The translations under genes were made by a program, and so were the position numbers. Below are positions 13,230-26,514 of a stretch of DNA of 64,000 bases, in pieces. The notes beneath the pieces were generated by a model that made no database searches, was not told where the DNA came from, and saw only the letters and a list, made by a program, of their open reading frames with translations. The stretch lies in contig OX597817.1 in NCBI GenBank assembly GCA_951406725.2, positions 90,768,001-90,832,000 of the forward strand, given 5' to 3'. The stretch is from Octopus vulgaris. Taxonomy: Eukaryota. Numbering within the stretch: the stretch's first letter is position 1; each line of letters starts with the position of its first letter.

Positions 13230-14820
13230 ACACAGACATAAAGGACTAGCATTTTGGCCTCGATTTTACTTAACTCGATGGGCCTTCTTAAGCATAGTGT
13301 CTCAGCCTTTTGTCCTCTCTGTGTGGCTCAACTTCTGAAGATCATTTTTGACCACTACATCACACATTGTCCTGGGTCTTTCTCTTTCATAGATTCCCTC
13401 TACATTTAGAGATCAGCTCTTCTTTATGCACCTGTCTTCATTCATATGCATCTTGTAACCACAGTTTCTCTGCTTCCACACTTCATCTTAAGTCTCGTAT
13501 ACACAATTTTCACACAAAACATTTATACTTTGTCATACATGCACACTGACATTGCACATCCACTGGAGCATGCTGGTTTCATTTCTTTCAAGCTTTTGCA
13601 TGTCATCTACATTCATAGCCCATGTTTCTCTGCAACATAGCACAGATGTTTGTGAACAGATATCATACAATCTGTCTTTCCCTCTGAGGGAGGGGCCCAT
13701 TGTTACCAAGAGAGGTAACAGCTCACTGAAATTGGCCGGCTGGTTCTTATTCTAGCAATTATGCTTTTAGAGCACCCACTTCCACTGCTAACTTGGTCAT
13801 GTTGATAATGGATACTATCTACAAACTCTAAGGGTCCCCCTGGGCATTTGAAGAATCTGTTTCTAGGGTGTTTTTATTGTTTATTATTTCTGCACATCTG
13901 TCACACACAAAGACTATTTTCAATGTTAACCTTCCTGTAATTCCACTACTCCTCTAATGTATCCTTAGCTTACACTGGTACACCACATGAAGTTTCTACC
14001 TACACCTTTTTTAGTAATTTGTCTGTTTTCCTACTTACAAGTACTTTAGTCTTTGTTAACTCTAAGGCCCTATATTTCCAGACTTTGGTTACACACCTGA
14101 AGCTTCTTTAATTCTAATATAAATCTTTTGGGTGAAGACTCTCTTTATCCATGTATTTTCCACATTTAGCAGCCTTTCATTCTAACACTTCCATGCCTCT
14201 TTCTCTGCAGAATCACTAAGCACAAGTGCACCATCATCCAGCCAAACACACTTCTTTTTTACAGTATCACAATTTTCTCTGACACACTGTCCTGCAATCT
14301 AGAACATGTCAAGCCTCTAGTCTGCATGCTGCAGAACATTGGCAAAATTTTCTCTTTCTGCTTCTTCCCTAGCTAAATTTACCTGTTACTCAGCTTCTCT
14401 TCTCTCTACCTGGCACAGGTCTCTACTACTCCCATTCTTCCAAATCTTCCAGACCTGTTTCTTCGTTCTAATGGCATTGTTCAACTACCATGTCACCCTA
14501 GGTCTGGTTATGGCTTTGTACCAGCCATAAATTTGGTCTGGGGCCCTCAGTAAACTGTTCCATAGGACCGTGCAGTTATCCTCTATGTTATATGTTTCTA
14601 TATCCTCCACCTTCTGGTCAAATGCTTCAATTAAGACGTCTCTAAATTTCTGATGATGCAAGCTTTTAAGCTATTTAAGCTTCCAAATCTTTCTTTTCCA
14701 GATTGGTTTTCTTTTTGGAGTTCTTATAGCCCAAAGTCTGAAGTTACTAATGATTAACCTCTGTTGAATAGTAAATTCTTAATCAGAAAGGTTGTCAATC
14801 TAGTTTGTGTGGCCACCAAA
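13230..14820 (-). mobile_element. RTE-clade LINE, decayed and internally deleted
   Basis: Minus-strand remnants FSELLPLLVT..LRGKDRLYD, ETWAMNVDDMQKLERNETSMLQWMCNVS and GRPR, homologous to the copy at 45240-45720. Confidence 0.8.
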
Positions 14821-14962
14821 TCATTATTACCATTCATATAAGTAACATTAGTGTTGGAAAATTTATCACTACAATCATTATTATCATTAATATTCAACAC
14901 AAGTCTCATTATTATGAATGTCATTTACAGAACTATTAATAATGATGATGATAATAACAATA

Positions 14963-16850
14963 ATACCAAATGTAAGATATATAGGCAGAGGAAAAGTATG
15001 TAGAGCCGCAGGCAAAGTAAATGATGTTTTGAGCTTGGTAACAACAGAAAACATTAGTGAAACAAACCAGTTAATCATAGCTGCTGCTAATGTTGTAGCT
15101 GACACGATAGGATACAAGCAGAAAATGGAAGAAATGAAAGGAAATGAAAAGAAAGAACCAAACTGGAGGAAGAGACTACGAATGAAGTTGGATAAGACAC
15201 AGAAAGAACTAGGGCAATTGAATAGGATAATAAGAGGAGAGCTCAAGAATGAGGCAGTAATCAGAAAATGAACGGAAAGTACAAATCAGAGGAGAGGGGA
15301 AGAATTATCGCAAAGGGTGACAGAATAAAAGTCTAAATTGAAAAGATATGATGCCAGATGTAAAGGTTTGGAACAAAATAGACAGTTTAAATCAAATAAA
15401 ATGCATCTTTTTAAGGAAATGAAGGAGGACCAGCAACAGAAAATGATTCCAGATGCAGAAGAAAGTAAAATATTTAGAGGAGAACTGTGGAACAGGCTGG
15501 TGAGACATAAAGAAAGTGCAGAGTGGCTAACACAAGTGGAAAGACAACTTGCAACAGTGTCAAGACAAACGGACATCAGAGTTGATCTATTTGCAGTGAG
15601 ACTGAAGTCTAAAAAAATAGCAAATTGGGAAGAACCTGGCCTGGATTGAGTACAAAGCTATTGGCCAAAGAACTTTACACAGCTGTATGAAAGGATTGCT
15701 GCATAACTGGATGAATGCCTGCAGCAGGGGCATGTCCTTACCAGGATGAGAAGTGGATGAATGTTGTTATGTCTCAAGGATCCCTTGAAAGGTGACTTGG
15801 CATCAAATTTTCAACCTGTAACTTGTATGGAAGCTTATGGCAGGTATTTTGGCAGAGAAACTATATAATAATCTATTTATATAACAATCTACTTCCAGAA
15901 GAGCAGAAAGGATGCAGAAAACAAAGTAAGGCAATAGAAGTCCACTTATTAATTGATAAAATGATAATTAGAAATTGTAGATGCAGATTGACAGGACTGA
16001 ATGTAGCATGTGATATGCTTTACAAAAAAGGATGTGACATGGTACCACATAATTGGATAAGTAAAACAATGAGCATGTTTGGAGTGGCAGAAAATATGGA
16101 GAAAAACAGTTAATGAAAGTATGAAACATTGGAATACTGAATTGATTGGAGGAAAGTAAAGACTTGGGAAAGTGAACATTAGAATGGTATATTTCAAGGT
16201 AATTTCACCATTACTATTAGTATTAGCCATGATACCACTCAGTTTGATATTATGGAAAGTTAAAATAGCTAATGATTTGAGAAAAGGATATGGTCAGATA
16301 AATCATCCCCAGGTCGCATAACCAAGTTGTGAAAGTTTTACGCTGAAAGTTTAGTCAGAAATGGAAATTTGAAGCTGTAGGTACATGGTATAACCATCGG
16401 GTCAAAATAGTGTTGGGGTGAGAGGAATGCAAATTTCTGTGGGATTTCCTTTTTCAAATGAATAAGAAACTGGAAATTGATAGATCAGACATAACAATAA
16501 TAGGCAAGGAAAAGCAAAGTTGCTTACAAATTGATCCATCATGTCCATTTGATTCCAGGATTGTAAAGAAAGTGGATGAAAAAAAAAAAAATACAATCCC
16601 TTAAAGTTTGAAATTGCAAGAATTTGGAATATGAAAACTGTAAAGGTTGCACCTGTTATAAATGGTACACTGTAAACTGGGAATATAAGTAAAGATATAG
16701 AGAAATAGTTGAAGGAGATTGGAATAGAATGTCCTATAGAGCTTCTACAGAAAGTTTCCCTCTTAAAAACAGGAAATATTATCAGAAGGGCTTTAAGCAC
16801 TTGAAAGACAATTGAAAGCTTATGGATACCTAAGGTTGATTTTAATGTAA
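14963..16850 (+). mobile_element. R4/Dong-clade (RLE endonuclease) LINE, 5'-truncated, internally deleted, dead
   Basis: ETNQLIIAAANVV, PNWRKRL, PDAEESKIF, NWEEPGLD (NWKAPGPD), LLPEEQKGCRK, DMVPHNWI. The sequence jumps near 16310 from RT (INH) to RHNQV. C-terminal RLE segment LKFEIARIWNMKTVKVAPVING...LQKVSLLKTGNIIRRAL. Confidence 0.9.
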
Positions 16851-17759
16851 AGGAAAGTTACGTAGCCATTAATGATCATGGTAATTGTTTCAACTCCCAC
16901 CATTGCAATAGTAGTGCTGTTAGTGATAAACCTCACTGTCTCTTACATGACCTCAGATAATTTGGGTGATGCTATCAGATCTAACGATAGTTATCACTCT
17001 CTGTGGTCCTTGAATAACACTAAGTACTTTGGCCATAAATCTCCTAAATTATGTAATTATAAAAATAAACTTCTATGCATCACTAAAAATATCTATAGAG
17101 TGAAGTAATAACTAACCTAAACACTTCTACTTACATCAGTTCTATTTCTTTCAAATTCAAGCAGAGGTTATATAATCATTCTTATACCTCCAATAATCAT
17201 AATAAAGCTAGCAGAAAAATATTTAAATACTAAAAGCCAAAAATTGGGATTCTAAATTACCTGCAGCATAATGAAATATGCATTACCTTATTCAAACGAT
17301 AGATACAAGTGTACCTTTTCCTGCACTAAATTATGGGAAATACTTAAAAGTTCAGGTAATATCCTTAACAAACCTAATGAACTTAGGGTGAAATGCTTGC
17401 ATTATATTAGAAATACATTTTCATACTTTAAACCAATTACCAAATAGGCTATGAATAATACTATTTATCTCTTAACTTTTTGGCTTTTTATTAGCCACAT
17501 TCTATAACATAGTTAAGTGTACTCTTCTCATTTAAATATTATTAAATATTTAAATATCATTTGAGTGATATTATGTCATCGACCATCGTCCTCCCAATTA
17601 TACTTTCTCATTATATTTGTTTGCAAACTCTATCATTCAACAAATTGGGAAATATTTGATAATCTGGTGTATGATCTCCTGCCTGTTGTTCATCTTTGTT
17701 TTCATGTATATCTCTCATATATATAGCTTACTTCATGATATATCATTTTGGTTTAGGGC

Positions 17760-17907
17760 TGTGTGTATGTGTGAGTATGTGTGTGTGTGGGTGTGCATGT
17801 GTGTATGTATATGTGTGTGCATATATATATGTATGTGCATTTATGTATATGTGTGTGTGTGTGCATGCCTGCATATGTGTATGTGTGTGTATCAGTGTGC
17901 ATGCATG

Positions 17908-17973
<66 letters not shown>

Positions 17974-17990
17974 TGTGTGTGTGTTCATGT
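17760..17990. repeat. (GT)n / (GTAT)n microsatellite
   Basis: Direct inspection. Confidence 0.95.
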
Positions 17991-19644
17991 TTGAAAAGGT
18001 GATGACAATTTTATAATTTTCTGCTGCCCTGATGTTTGCTTTCTTTCATTTCACATAACCGATAAGATATGTGCCTGACTTTAATAATCTAAAGGATATC
18101 TCTTGGCTATAACATGTCTGTGTCTTTTGCATGTTCTCATAGCCAGTATTGGCTATAAACTAATTAAGTTAAGTGTTTTGAAATAATAGAGTTGTTTGAT
18201 CTCTTTGCCTCTCGCAGGCCTGTTAAAGCCATCCCTATAAATTTGAATGTTATCTTTTTAAAATACTACTTATCCAATAATGTTGGTTGGGTTCATCATG
18301 CTTAAGGTATTATACCTGTTCAAAATTTTACCTAATGATGTAGTCTCCTGATAACTAGCAACTGATACAAGTAGCTTATTTCATGCTTCAGCAATTCTGA
18401 AGATGAAAAAATGTTTCTGAACATCATGGGTGCTACTGTGCTGTTTCCTGATTTTGTAAGCATATGGAATTCATGAAGGTGCCCAAGAATGTTATCAGAA
18501 AAATGGTTTTCAAGAGGGCCATAACTTTGGCAATGTCCATTTTCATATGCAATATGTACATGATGTCATGGGTGTGTGTGTTTTGCAAAAAGTTCCAATG
18601 AAATTGTTAAAGTAAGTTAGGTGTCCCTTGTCAAGAGTAAGACGGTAGAGGTGTATTTTCCAGCAATGTTTACAAATATAAAGGATTAAGAGAGGAGCAG
18701 AGTGGATTAGTGAAGAAGGAGTGGTTAAGGGGAAACATGAAATGAAGATATTGCTTGACTAAGATCAAACATAAAAAAGATAAAGTTAACAGCTGGCCAA
18801 AGAAATATTGTTCTTTTCTTTTCCACTCTAGGCACAAGGCCTGAAATTTTAGGGGAGGGGGCTAGTTGTTTAGATCGACCCTAGTATGCAACTGGTTCTT
18901 AATTTATTGACCCTGAAAGGATGAAAGGCAAAGTTGACCTCAGTGGAATTTGAGCTCAGAATGTAAAGACAGACAAAATGCTGTTAAGCATTTTGCCTGG
19001 CATGCTAACATTTCTGCCAGCTTGCCACCTTAATGAAAAAATAGCGGGGAGCCAAAGTAGTAATCCACAGAAAAGATAAACCAGTTAAGAACAAGACAGG
19101 TGGGGAAATGAGGAGTGTAGGAAAATAAGCACTGCGATTAGGGAGTGGGATTAGCAAAAAAGATGATACTGAAAGTGAGAGAATTTTAGCTATGACAATG
19201 TAAAATTAAAATGATTTTACATAATGAGCAAATGTTCTGTAGAATTTATATCTACACTAAGATTATATTCATCTTGTGTCTCTCCTTAACCACCCTTACT
19301 ATTTGACTGTTCCCTCTACTTCCTCCTTTCCTTCTTCCCTACCCCACTTTGCTCACTTTAATCTATTATATCCATAAACTTTGCTAGAAAATGTATGTCT
19401 TCCACCTATTTTATTTAGCAATTCCATCGGGACTTGCAGAAATTCACTTATGACATCACACACATATTGATGTGAATGTGCTTATTACATAAGTTATGGC
19501 CATCTTAGAAACAGCTGTCAAGATAAGACTTTACAGAATTCTTCTGTTCTTTTGTTATCTTTGTTCTTCATTCTACAATCTGTATTTTCTTAGATCCATG
19601 TAAGCTTACCTGCACTTATCTACCTTACTATCTCTCTCACTCCC

Positions 19645-19677
<33 letters not shown>

Positions 19678-20629
19678 TTATATATGCGTGGATGTATATA
19701 TATATGTGTATATGTGTGCATATATGTGTTTGTGTGCATATGTGTATATATGTGCATGGGAGTGTATGTACGTCTGTGTGCATGTGCTACCTGACAAAAA
19801 CAAAATATTCTTTGCATAATAAATATCAAAAACATCCTCCTCAAGACTTTTACTGATAATACACAAAAAATATATAAATATATATATATAAATAAATAAA
19901 ATGGAAATACCATTTCGAAATATTGATCAGTTGAAGAATATCGATAACTGTTAGTGTATCAAAATATCATGACCTGTTGCTTCATATTTTATAATTATCA
20001 TTGTTGAAGCCATTGACAACAATATCAACAATAGAAAATTATAGAAACAACAACAACAGCAACTAAGTCAGAAATAGCAACAACAATAAGAATGGAAGCA
20101 ACAATAATATAGACACAACAGTTACCCAACAACAACAATAGTAATAACAATGATGATGAAAGCAACATCAATATCAACAAAAACAGCTACAGCAACAACA
20201 ACAACAAAGACATCAGCAGCAGCAGCAACAACAACAACGATTTATCAATAAATCATAAGCAAAAACAAAACCATATTTTCGTCTACAATGGAAACTAATA
20301 GGAAAAAAATATACAGAGTGAAGTGTATTTATGTAAAACACTTCAACTATGAAATTCGGTAATTGTTTGTGCAAAATAAATTGTTTCTACTTTTGTGTGT
20401 GAGAGGGAAGGTGGGTGAATGACGGTGTATAGTCAATTAAATGTTAAATAGACCTGCTACTTATTCTAATAAACCCTGGAGAGATGAAAGTTAAATGGTA
20501 CCCGCTAAAGAAGTCGAACCAAAGACATAGAAAGATCAAACTAAATGTTGTTAGGTATTATTTTGGTGAAGCTAATTTTTAATTCATCTCTTTTGTAGTC
20601 TTTTGTCTTCATGAAGCAATAATTTAAAC

Positions 20630-20978
20630 AAGTGGTTCTCAACCATTTTTTGCCTGCGGTCCCCTCTGATTGATGTTGGTATGTTTACATCCATATAGCT
20701 TGGCAGTTCAGCAAAACACACTGTATAAGTAGCAAACTTAAAAACAAAAAAAATAAGTACCGGGGGCAATTTGTTGGAGTGAACACCATGTATTTATATC
20801 TGTGTACCTTCATAGCCATTCACTGATTGAAAGCTTCTATTATATTTTATGGTTAATATTATTTGGAATTGTATTAAAAATATGTTTAAACATTTGTTGT
20901 ACTGTAGAAATATAACGAGTTTATTGCACATAAATTTTAACAACAAAATCTTATATGGACTCCGGTTGAGAACCACTG
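20630..20978. mobile_element. hAT (Charlie-like) MITE with 8-bp TSD, containing a SINE A fragment
   Basis: TIRs aagtggttctcaacc / ggttgagaaccactg. TSD ATTTAAAC at 20622-20629 and 20979-20986. Confidence 0.88.
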
Positions 20979-21444
20979 ATTTAAACAGTGAATTGGCAGA
21001 CTCATTAGAATACAGGTAAAAATGCTTGATGGTATATGATATGATAATCATTGCTCTGGGTACAAGTCCTGTAGCAGTCAATGTTGTCTTTCATCTTTTC
21101 TGGGTTAATGAAAAAATATAACAGTCTAGTGTAGAGAATTGTTAGAATTGTTAGGGTATTGGCTGACAGACTTTGTGGTATTTGTTCTACTCTTTTATAT
21201 TCAGTGTTCTTGACTTCGATTTATTCTGTAACTCAGTCTAGCACCTCCTCTTGGTGTTTTTGTTCTTTAGTAGAGCTCATTCCGATAAAATAATTCCAAC
21301 CAGATCACAGGTTTGAGGTTATCCCTTCATCCCACCAATTTTAGAGGTTGAAAAAAAAAAAGAAAGAAAGAAAGAAAGAAAAAAATGGGTGTTTTCCTTT
21401 CCTCTCTATCTAAAATGGTAAAAACAAAATTAAAAAAAAATTGT

Positions 21445-21875
21445 CAGTGTGTGGTAAGTTTCTTGCCTACTACATGGTTCTGGGTTCAGTCCCTCTGCAT
21501 GGCACCTTGGGCAAATGTAATCTACTATAGCCAGCCAAAGCCCTGTGAGTAAATTTAGTTGACATAAACTGAAAGAAGACCATTGTGTGTGTATGTGTGT
21601 GTGTGCATATATATATATGTATGTATGTATATTATTCTTTAATAAGAATAGTATTGCAAATGACTTTAAAGTTTTGGCCAGCTAAGCTATTGTCAATGAT
21701 ATGTGTGTGCGTGTGTGTGTGTCTTTCCCATTACTTAGTGGTGTGGCATAAGAGCCTGAGAGAATAAGTACCAGACTAGGCTTAAAGTACAGAAGTTTAT
21801 TTGTTTGACAAAAACCCTTCAAAGCAGTGTCCTAGCATGGCTGCAGTCCATTGATTGAAACTAGTAAATGTAGAA
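21445..21875 (+). mobile_element. SINE family A copy
   Basis: gggttcagtccc..gcatggcaccttgggcaa...gattgaaactagtaaa. Confidence 0.8.
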
Positions 21876-22519
21876 GAAATTTCCATAAATAATTTACACA
21901 GGTAGCATATGGTTTATCAGATTCAGTGTTTGTGGTTGATGAAGCTACTGATACTGTAGCTAATTATATGTATTTGTGATTTGTTTTTATTCTTCAGTAT
22001 TGATGTGTTGTGTGATAGCAGTTTAAAAAATCCTTAAATACTGGACATCTTTTGTGACAATGGTTGTCTGAAATATTGTTAGAATCTTTTAGTCAACCCT
22101 GGTTCCCTTGCTGTAGCATAAACCATATATCCAGAGATGAAATAGGGTAAACAAAATAAGATGTCTTAATGTAATTTGGGCTTTGATAAAACTTCTAACT
22201 ACATGAAATTTTTTTATGGAAAACATGGAGCAAACTGTAATATTGTCTTTATTCTGTATAAATACTTGTTCCCTTGGCCCTGCAAGAAGACAAGTATTCC
22301 AAGATTGAATATAGAGTAAAAAAAAGATGTCAACATTTTCATAATGTCTGAAGAGTCTTAACTCTTGAGATTTCTCTCAACTAACAACAGAATAGTAAGC
22401 TGATATATTGCTACCATCCTGTAATTAATTCTTACTTCAGTATAAATCCAGGCATTCAGATAACATAGGATCTAAAAACAACAAAAAAAAATGCCAACAG
22501 TTTGGTGCTGCCAGACAAA

Positions 22520-23153
22520 TCTATATCTATAAAACAGTCCTTGCACGAAAATTGTATGCACATTTTGCTTTGACGGTTAATGGCAGCCAAACCGAGGCTA
22601 GGATTGAGCTGAAAATTGGCAGGGATACTAAATGCGTGGTGAGGATGAGACCTGCGATGGTTAAAATTTGCAAGCTATAAAGATGTGATTACTATGGCAA
22701 AAAGAGGGAAAATTCATCTTCTTTAAACAGACTTTGGCAAGTGTTTGTTGTTTCTTTCTTACGGTTATCACCCTTTCTTCTTCCATTTCTCTCTTTCCCC
22801 CTTCCCTCGTCTTTATCTATATAACAGTTTTTGACAGCTTCTACTCACTCTCTTTCCCTCTCCATATTCACTATCTCTCTGTCGCTCTTTCTCTCCCAGC
22901 CCCTCTCTCTCTCTGTGTATGTCTTTCTGTATCTATAAAGAGAAAGCATTGACAGCCGCAAGTGTGATTAATGGAGAGGAATAAAATAGTAAATAATTAC
23001 ATTGTGTCGGAAATATATTTCACTCTCTTGAAGTTTAAATATTCCCACTATAGGGCTTTTACAATGGTGAATTATTATCGCTCACCACCACCGCACAATA
23101 ATGATAACAGATATTATTAATCAGATACTTATTATGTTAATTTATATATGTGC

Positions 23154-23196
<43 letters not shown>

Positions 23197-23205
23197 GTGT
23201 ATATA

Positions 23206-23243
<38 letters not shown>

Positions 23244-23621
23244 GTGTATACATATGTATACATAATGCGTATGTATATATATATGTGTGTGTGTATGTAT
23301 ATAATGTGTATATATGTGCATATATATTTAATGCAGATGTATTTCTCCATTTTCTTATCTTGTAATGCATATGTATATATATAATGTGTGCATATGTGGT
23401 CAGATTGAGCTGAAAATTTGCACACCTGTGTTAAAAGTGCTGGCGAGTTTGTATAGCAATTTTGAGTTTGCTCATTTGAAATGCGTGGCCTCCAGAGCAA
23501 CATTCTTAATCGTTTAAAATGTAGCCCACATAGACCCGAATGAAACTGGGTTATAATACCGAAATAAGTAAAACAATAATAAACTATTTTAATCCTGAGC
23601 AAGGCTGGGTTTGTCTTCTAG
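22520..23621 (+). mobile_element. Non-autonomous Helitron
   Basis: A|TCTATATCTATAAAA 5' end. 3' end cctgagcaaggctggg hairpin then CTAG|T at 23618-23622. Internal repeat gattgagctgaaaatt at about 22602 and 23403. Confidence 0.8.
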
Positions 23622-24204
23622 TCCTCAATAATTTGAAAAATAAAACACATAAAATTTACCATACTGCAATCAATTTTCGTTCCTTCAGAGCTTATATGTA
23701 GGTATGTGGATATTTTGAAAATACCCCATGAAGTGACAACTGTACCCAGCATTGTTATGGGTTGCTCTTTGGCAAGGCATAGCACCTGTTCAGCCAACCT
23801 GCCAGGGTTACAGTGAAGTTGTGGGACTGCAGCATGGTGGAGTGTGAAGAGGTAGTGGAAAAGCTCAACTGGGCCAATGGTGCTTCTTACATTGATTCTG
23901 AGTGGAGGAATCCTAGAAGATCAACAGTAAGGATCACCAAGCTCTATTGAGAGAGTAACTGCAATGCATCCATAGGAGTAGCGTCTCTGGTTGTGTAATC
24001 AGTTAATGAAAGATTCACTATGATTCAGGCTCCCAATTCAAACTCATAGTAATGGAATTGGTTGGTGACAGTGAAACATGAGAATCTGAAAAAGTATTGT
24101 GACCAACAACAACAGAGCCTCTATAAAGCTAGGTGTTCACATATGAAATAAGAATCCAAGTAAAATATAAAACAAAAATTATTAAAAAGTGTATGATTAC
24201 TTAC

Positions 24205-24347
24205 AGGTAACACCTTTCTCCAGGTCCTCATAGTAACCAACAATGCAGATCTGATGTAAGAGCATTGGGTGAAATTTATCAAATGCTTGAATTTCTTTGA
24301 GACGACAGTAAATTAAATCTAAATCCTCTCCAGTCCTGTCTCCAGGC
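24205..24347 (-). CDS. RAPGEF4: Internal coding exon of Epac / Rap guanine nucleotide exchange factor 4-like (start of N-terminal cNMP-binding domain)
   Basis: Acceptor ttctgtttttgttttctag|G, donor T|gtaagt, 143 bp = 1+47x3+1. Encodes (R)[47 protein letters not shown](L), closely matching the vertebrate Epac2 N-terminus as I recall it ([49 protein letters not shown]). Confidence 0.93.
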
Positions 24348-25085
24348 CTAGAAAACAAAAACAGAAGAACATGGATTCAATTGATGCTAACATAGAAGAT
24401 ATAATCATTTGGAGTTAAGTAGAATTAGTCTTTAAAACATGGTTTTGTAGTGTTTCTACACAACCACAGGTTAATAAAAGCAGTGAGAGGGAAATTCTAC
24501 AACTAGAATATAATAGATTGTTGGCGGGAATGCATCTTTCTTGTGTGGTAAACTTGAACCATTGTCCAGTTTAACACTACCTACCACCACTTGTTCTTTC
24601 AATGCCTTTAGCAAGATCTACTTTGTTTTGGATAAGGTGCCTGGTCTTCCACCCAGTTCACTTGAAAACTCAAAAAGATTCATAAATGCTGTTTATCCTT
24701 ATCTAATGAAATTATCAAAAGCTGAAAAGAAGAGGAAGGGGTGGAAGGAAGCAGAAGGAACAGTCGAATAGAAGGGTGGTTAAGGGGAGAAATGAGATGA
24801 AAACAATCTTTGGTTGTAGACATAAATTCTACAGAACACTTGCTCATTATGTAAAATCCTTATCGTTTCTCATTGTGTTAGCAAAAATTTTCCCTTACAG
24901 TGATTGTGTAGAAATAAGTAACTTTGATATATCACGTGTGTAGTACCAAATAATATAGGGTTGCATTTCAGTTGAGAATATGTTTTGGTTTTAAAGACAT
25001 TGGAGGTAATGCAGTTAGAAGAGGTGGCTATATCAGTGAATGGATGACATCTCCTGTTAGAGGTTATTTCAGTAGATGTCTTTGT

Positions 25086-25137
<52 letters not shown>

Positions 25138-25923
25138 TGATAGAATGAGAGAAAGAGAGTCAAGCAGATTCATAGAGACATGAGAAAAGGAAGAGTCAAT
25201 CACAAAATGTTTGGTCTCACAAATTAGGTCAAGAATTGAGATGTCTGGTGATATACTGTACATCTTCCACTAGTACGTATGTTCACATGCACACACACTC
25301 CATGTCAAAGAAGGAAAAACAGATGTCAAAACAAAGTCGACAGAGATGACAACATCAATGCTAATGGTAGTGGTTGTTGTTGATGGAGGTTGTCATCCAT
25401 CGTCATCATCATTATCATCATTTAACATCCAAGTTCCATGCTGGCATGGGTTGGATGGTTTAACAGGATCCAAAAGGTCCAAGATTTGCTTTCTGCTCCA
25501 GTGTCTGTTTTTGAAGATGAGGATGATAATGATGATGATGGTGATAATGAGGATGTGGTGATGGTGATAATGTTGTTTAATCTCCAACTAACCCTGATAG
25601 AGTAGAATGATCACAATGGTTATCAAACTGAGAGGTACATGCTACCCAACACAAAAATAAATACATAAAATATATTTTAATGGAATTTCTGTTCCCTGGC
25701 CACTTTGTTTTTATTAATGAGAAAACAAAGTAGAGTTCACAACCAAATAATTCTTCTTTCTTCACCATGCAACTGGAAAAGTTTAAAACAACCTTTGATG
25801 ACTCTCCCCTTTTCAATTCTCATAGCAACCCACTTCTGCTATAAGAAACAACAATCTATGCTGAAAGGTGTCTCAGTTGTGATTAGTCCAATGTTTTTCA
25901 GAGATTCTTGCAGAGTCTTATAG

Positions 25924-26150
25924 TCTTACCTGGTTTCCATGATGACGAGATGCCAGCCTGTCACAGGTAATGGTTTTAAGAAGTTATAGTGGATGAGTCC
26001 AACAATACACCACCAAAGAGTTACCATGGCCTTCATTTTCACCAGCTGAGTGGACTGGAGCAACATGGAATGAAGTGTTTTGCTCAAGAACAAGAGGCAT
26101 TGCAACCATGATTCCATTACTCTAACCATTAGGTCATGTGCCTCCATGTT
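25924..26150 (-). mobile_element. SINE family C copy carrying a ~65-bp mariner transposase fragment
   Basis: Head and ttgctccagtccactcagctgg at 26035-26150. Segment 25968-26035 matches mariner 26970-27035. SINE remainder at 25924-25968. Confidence 0.7.
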
Positions 26151-26514
26151 TTTAAGACTTAATGTAATGTACAACTATGTGATTCAATATGCCCTTTCTT
26201 ATGTAAAAAAAAAGGGTGTGATTTGGAGGAAGATCTAGCTGTTATTTCTGTGATTCTGTTATTTGAAACAATCATGCAGAAGCTTCTTTGTGGTGTTCTA
26301 ACTTGAACTTCTTTAGCCCCAGGTCAGACCTGGTCCAGTAAAGCTATGATGAAAGTTGTCATTATACAGTCATTCATTCACTCATACACAGTGCACCTGA
26401 GACCACATTTTCCTTGCTGTTGTTGTAGCTACTGTTTTTAGCCCACCCCGGGTCAGATCTGAATCAACAAACTGATGGTGAAAAACGATCAAGCTATGGT
26501 CATTCTGTGTTTTA

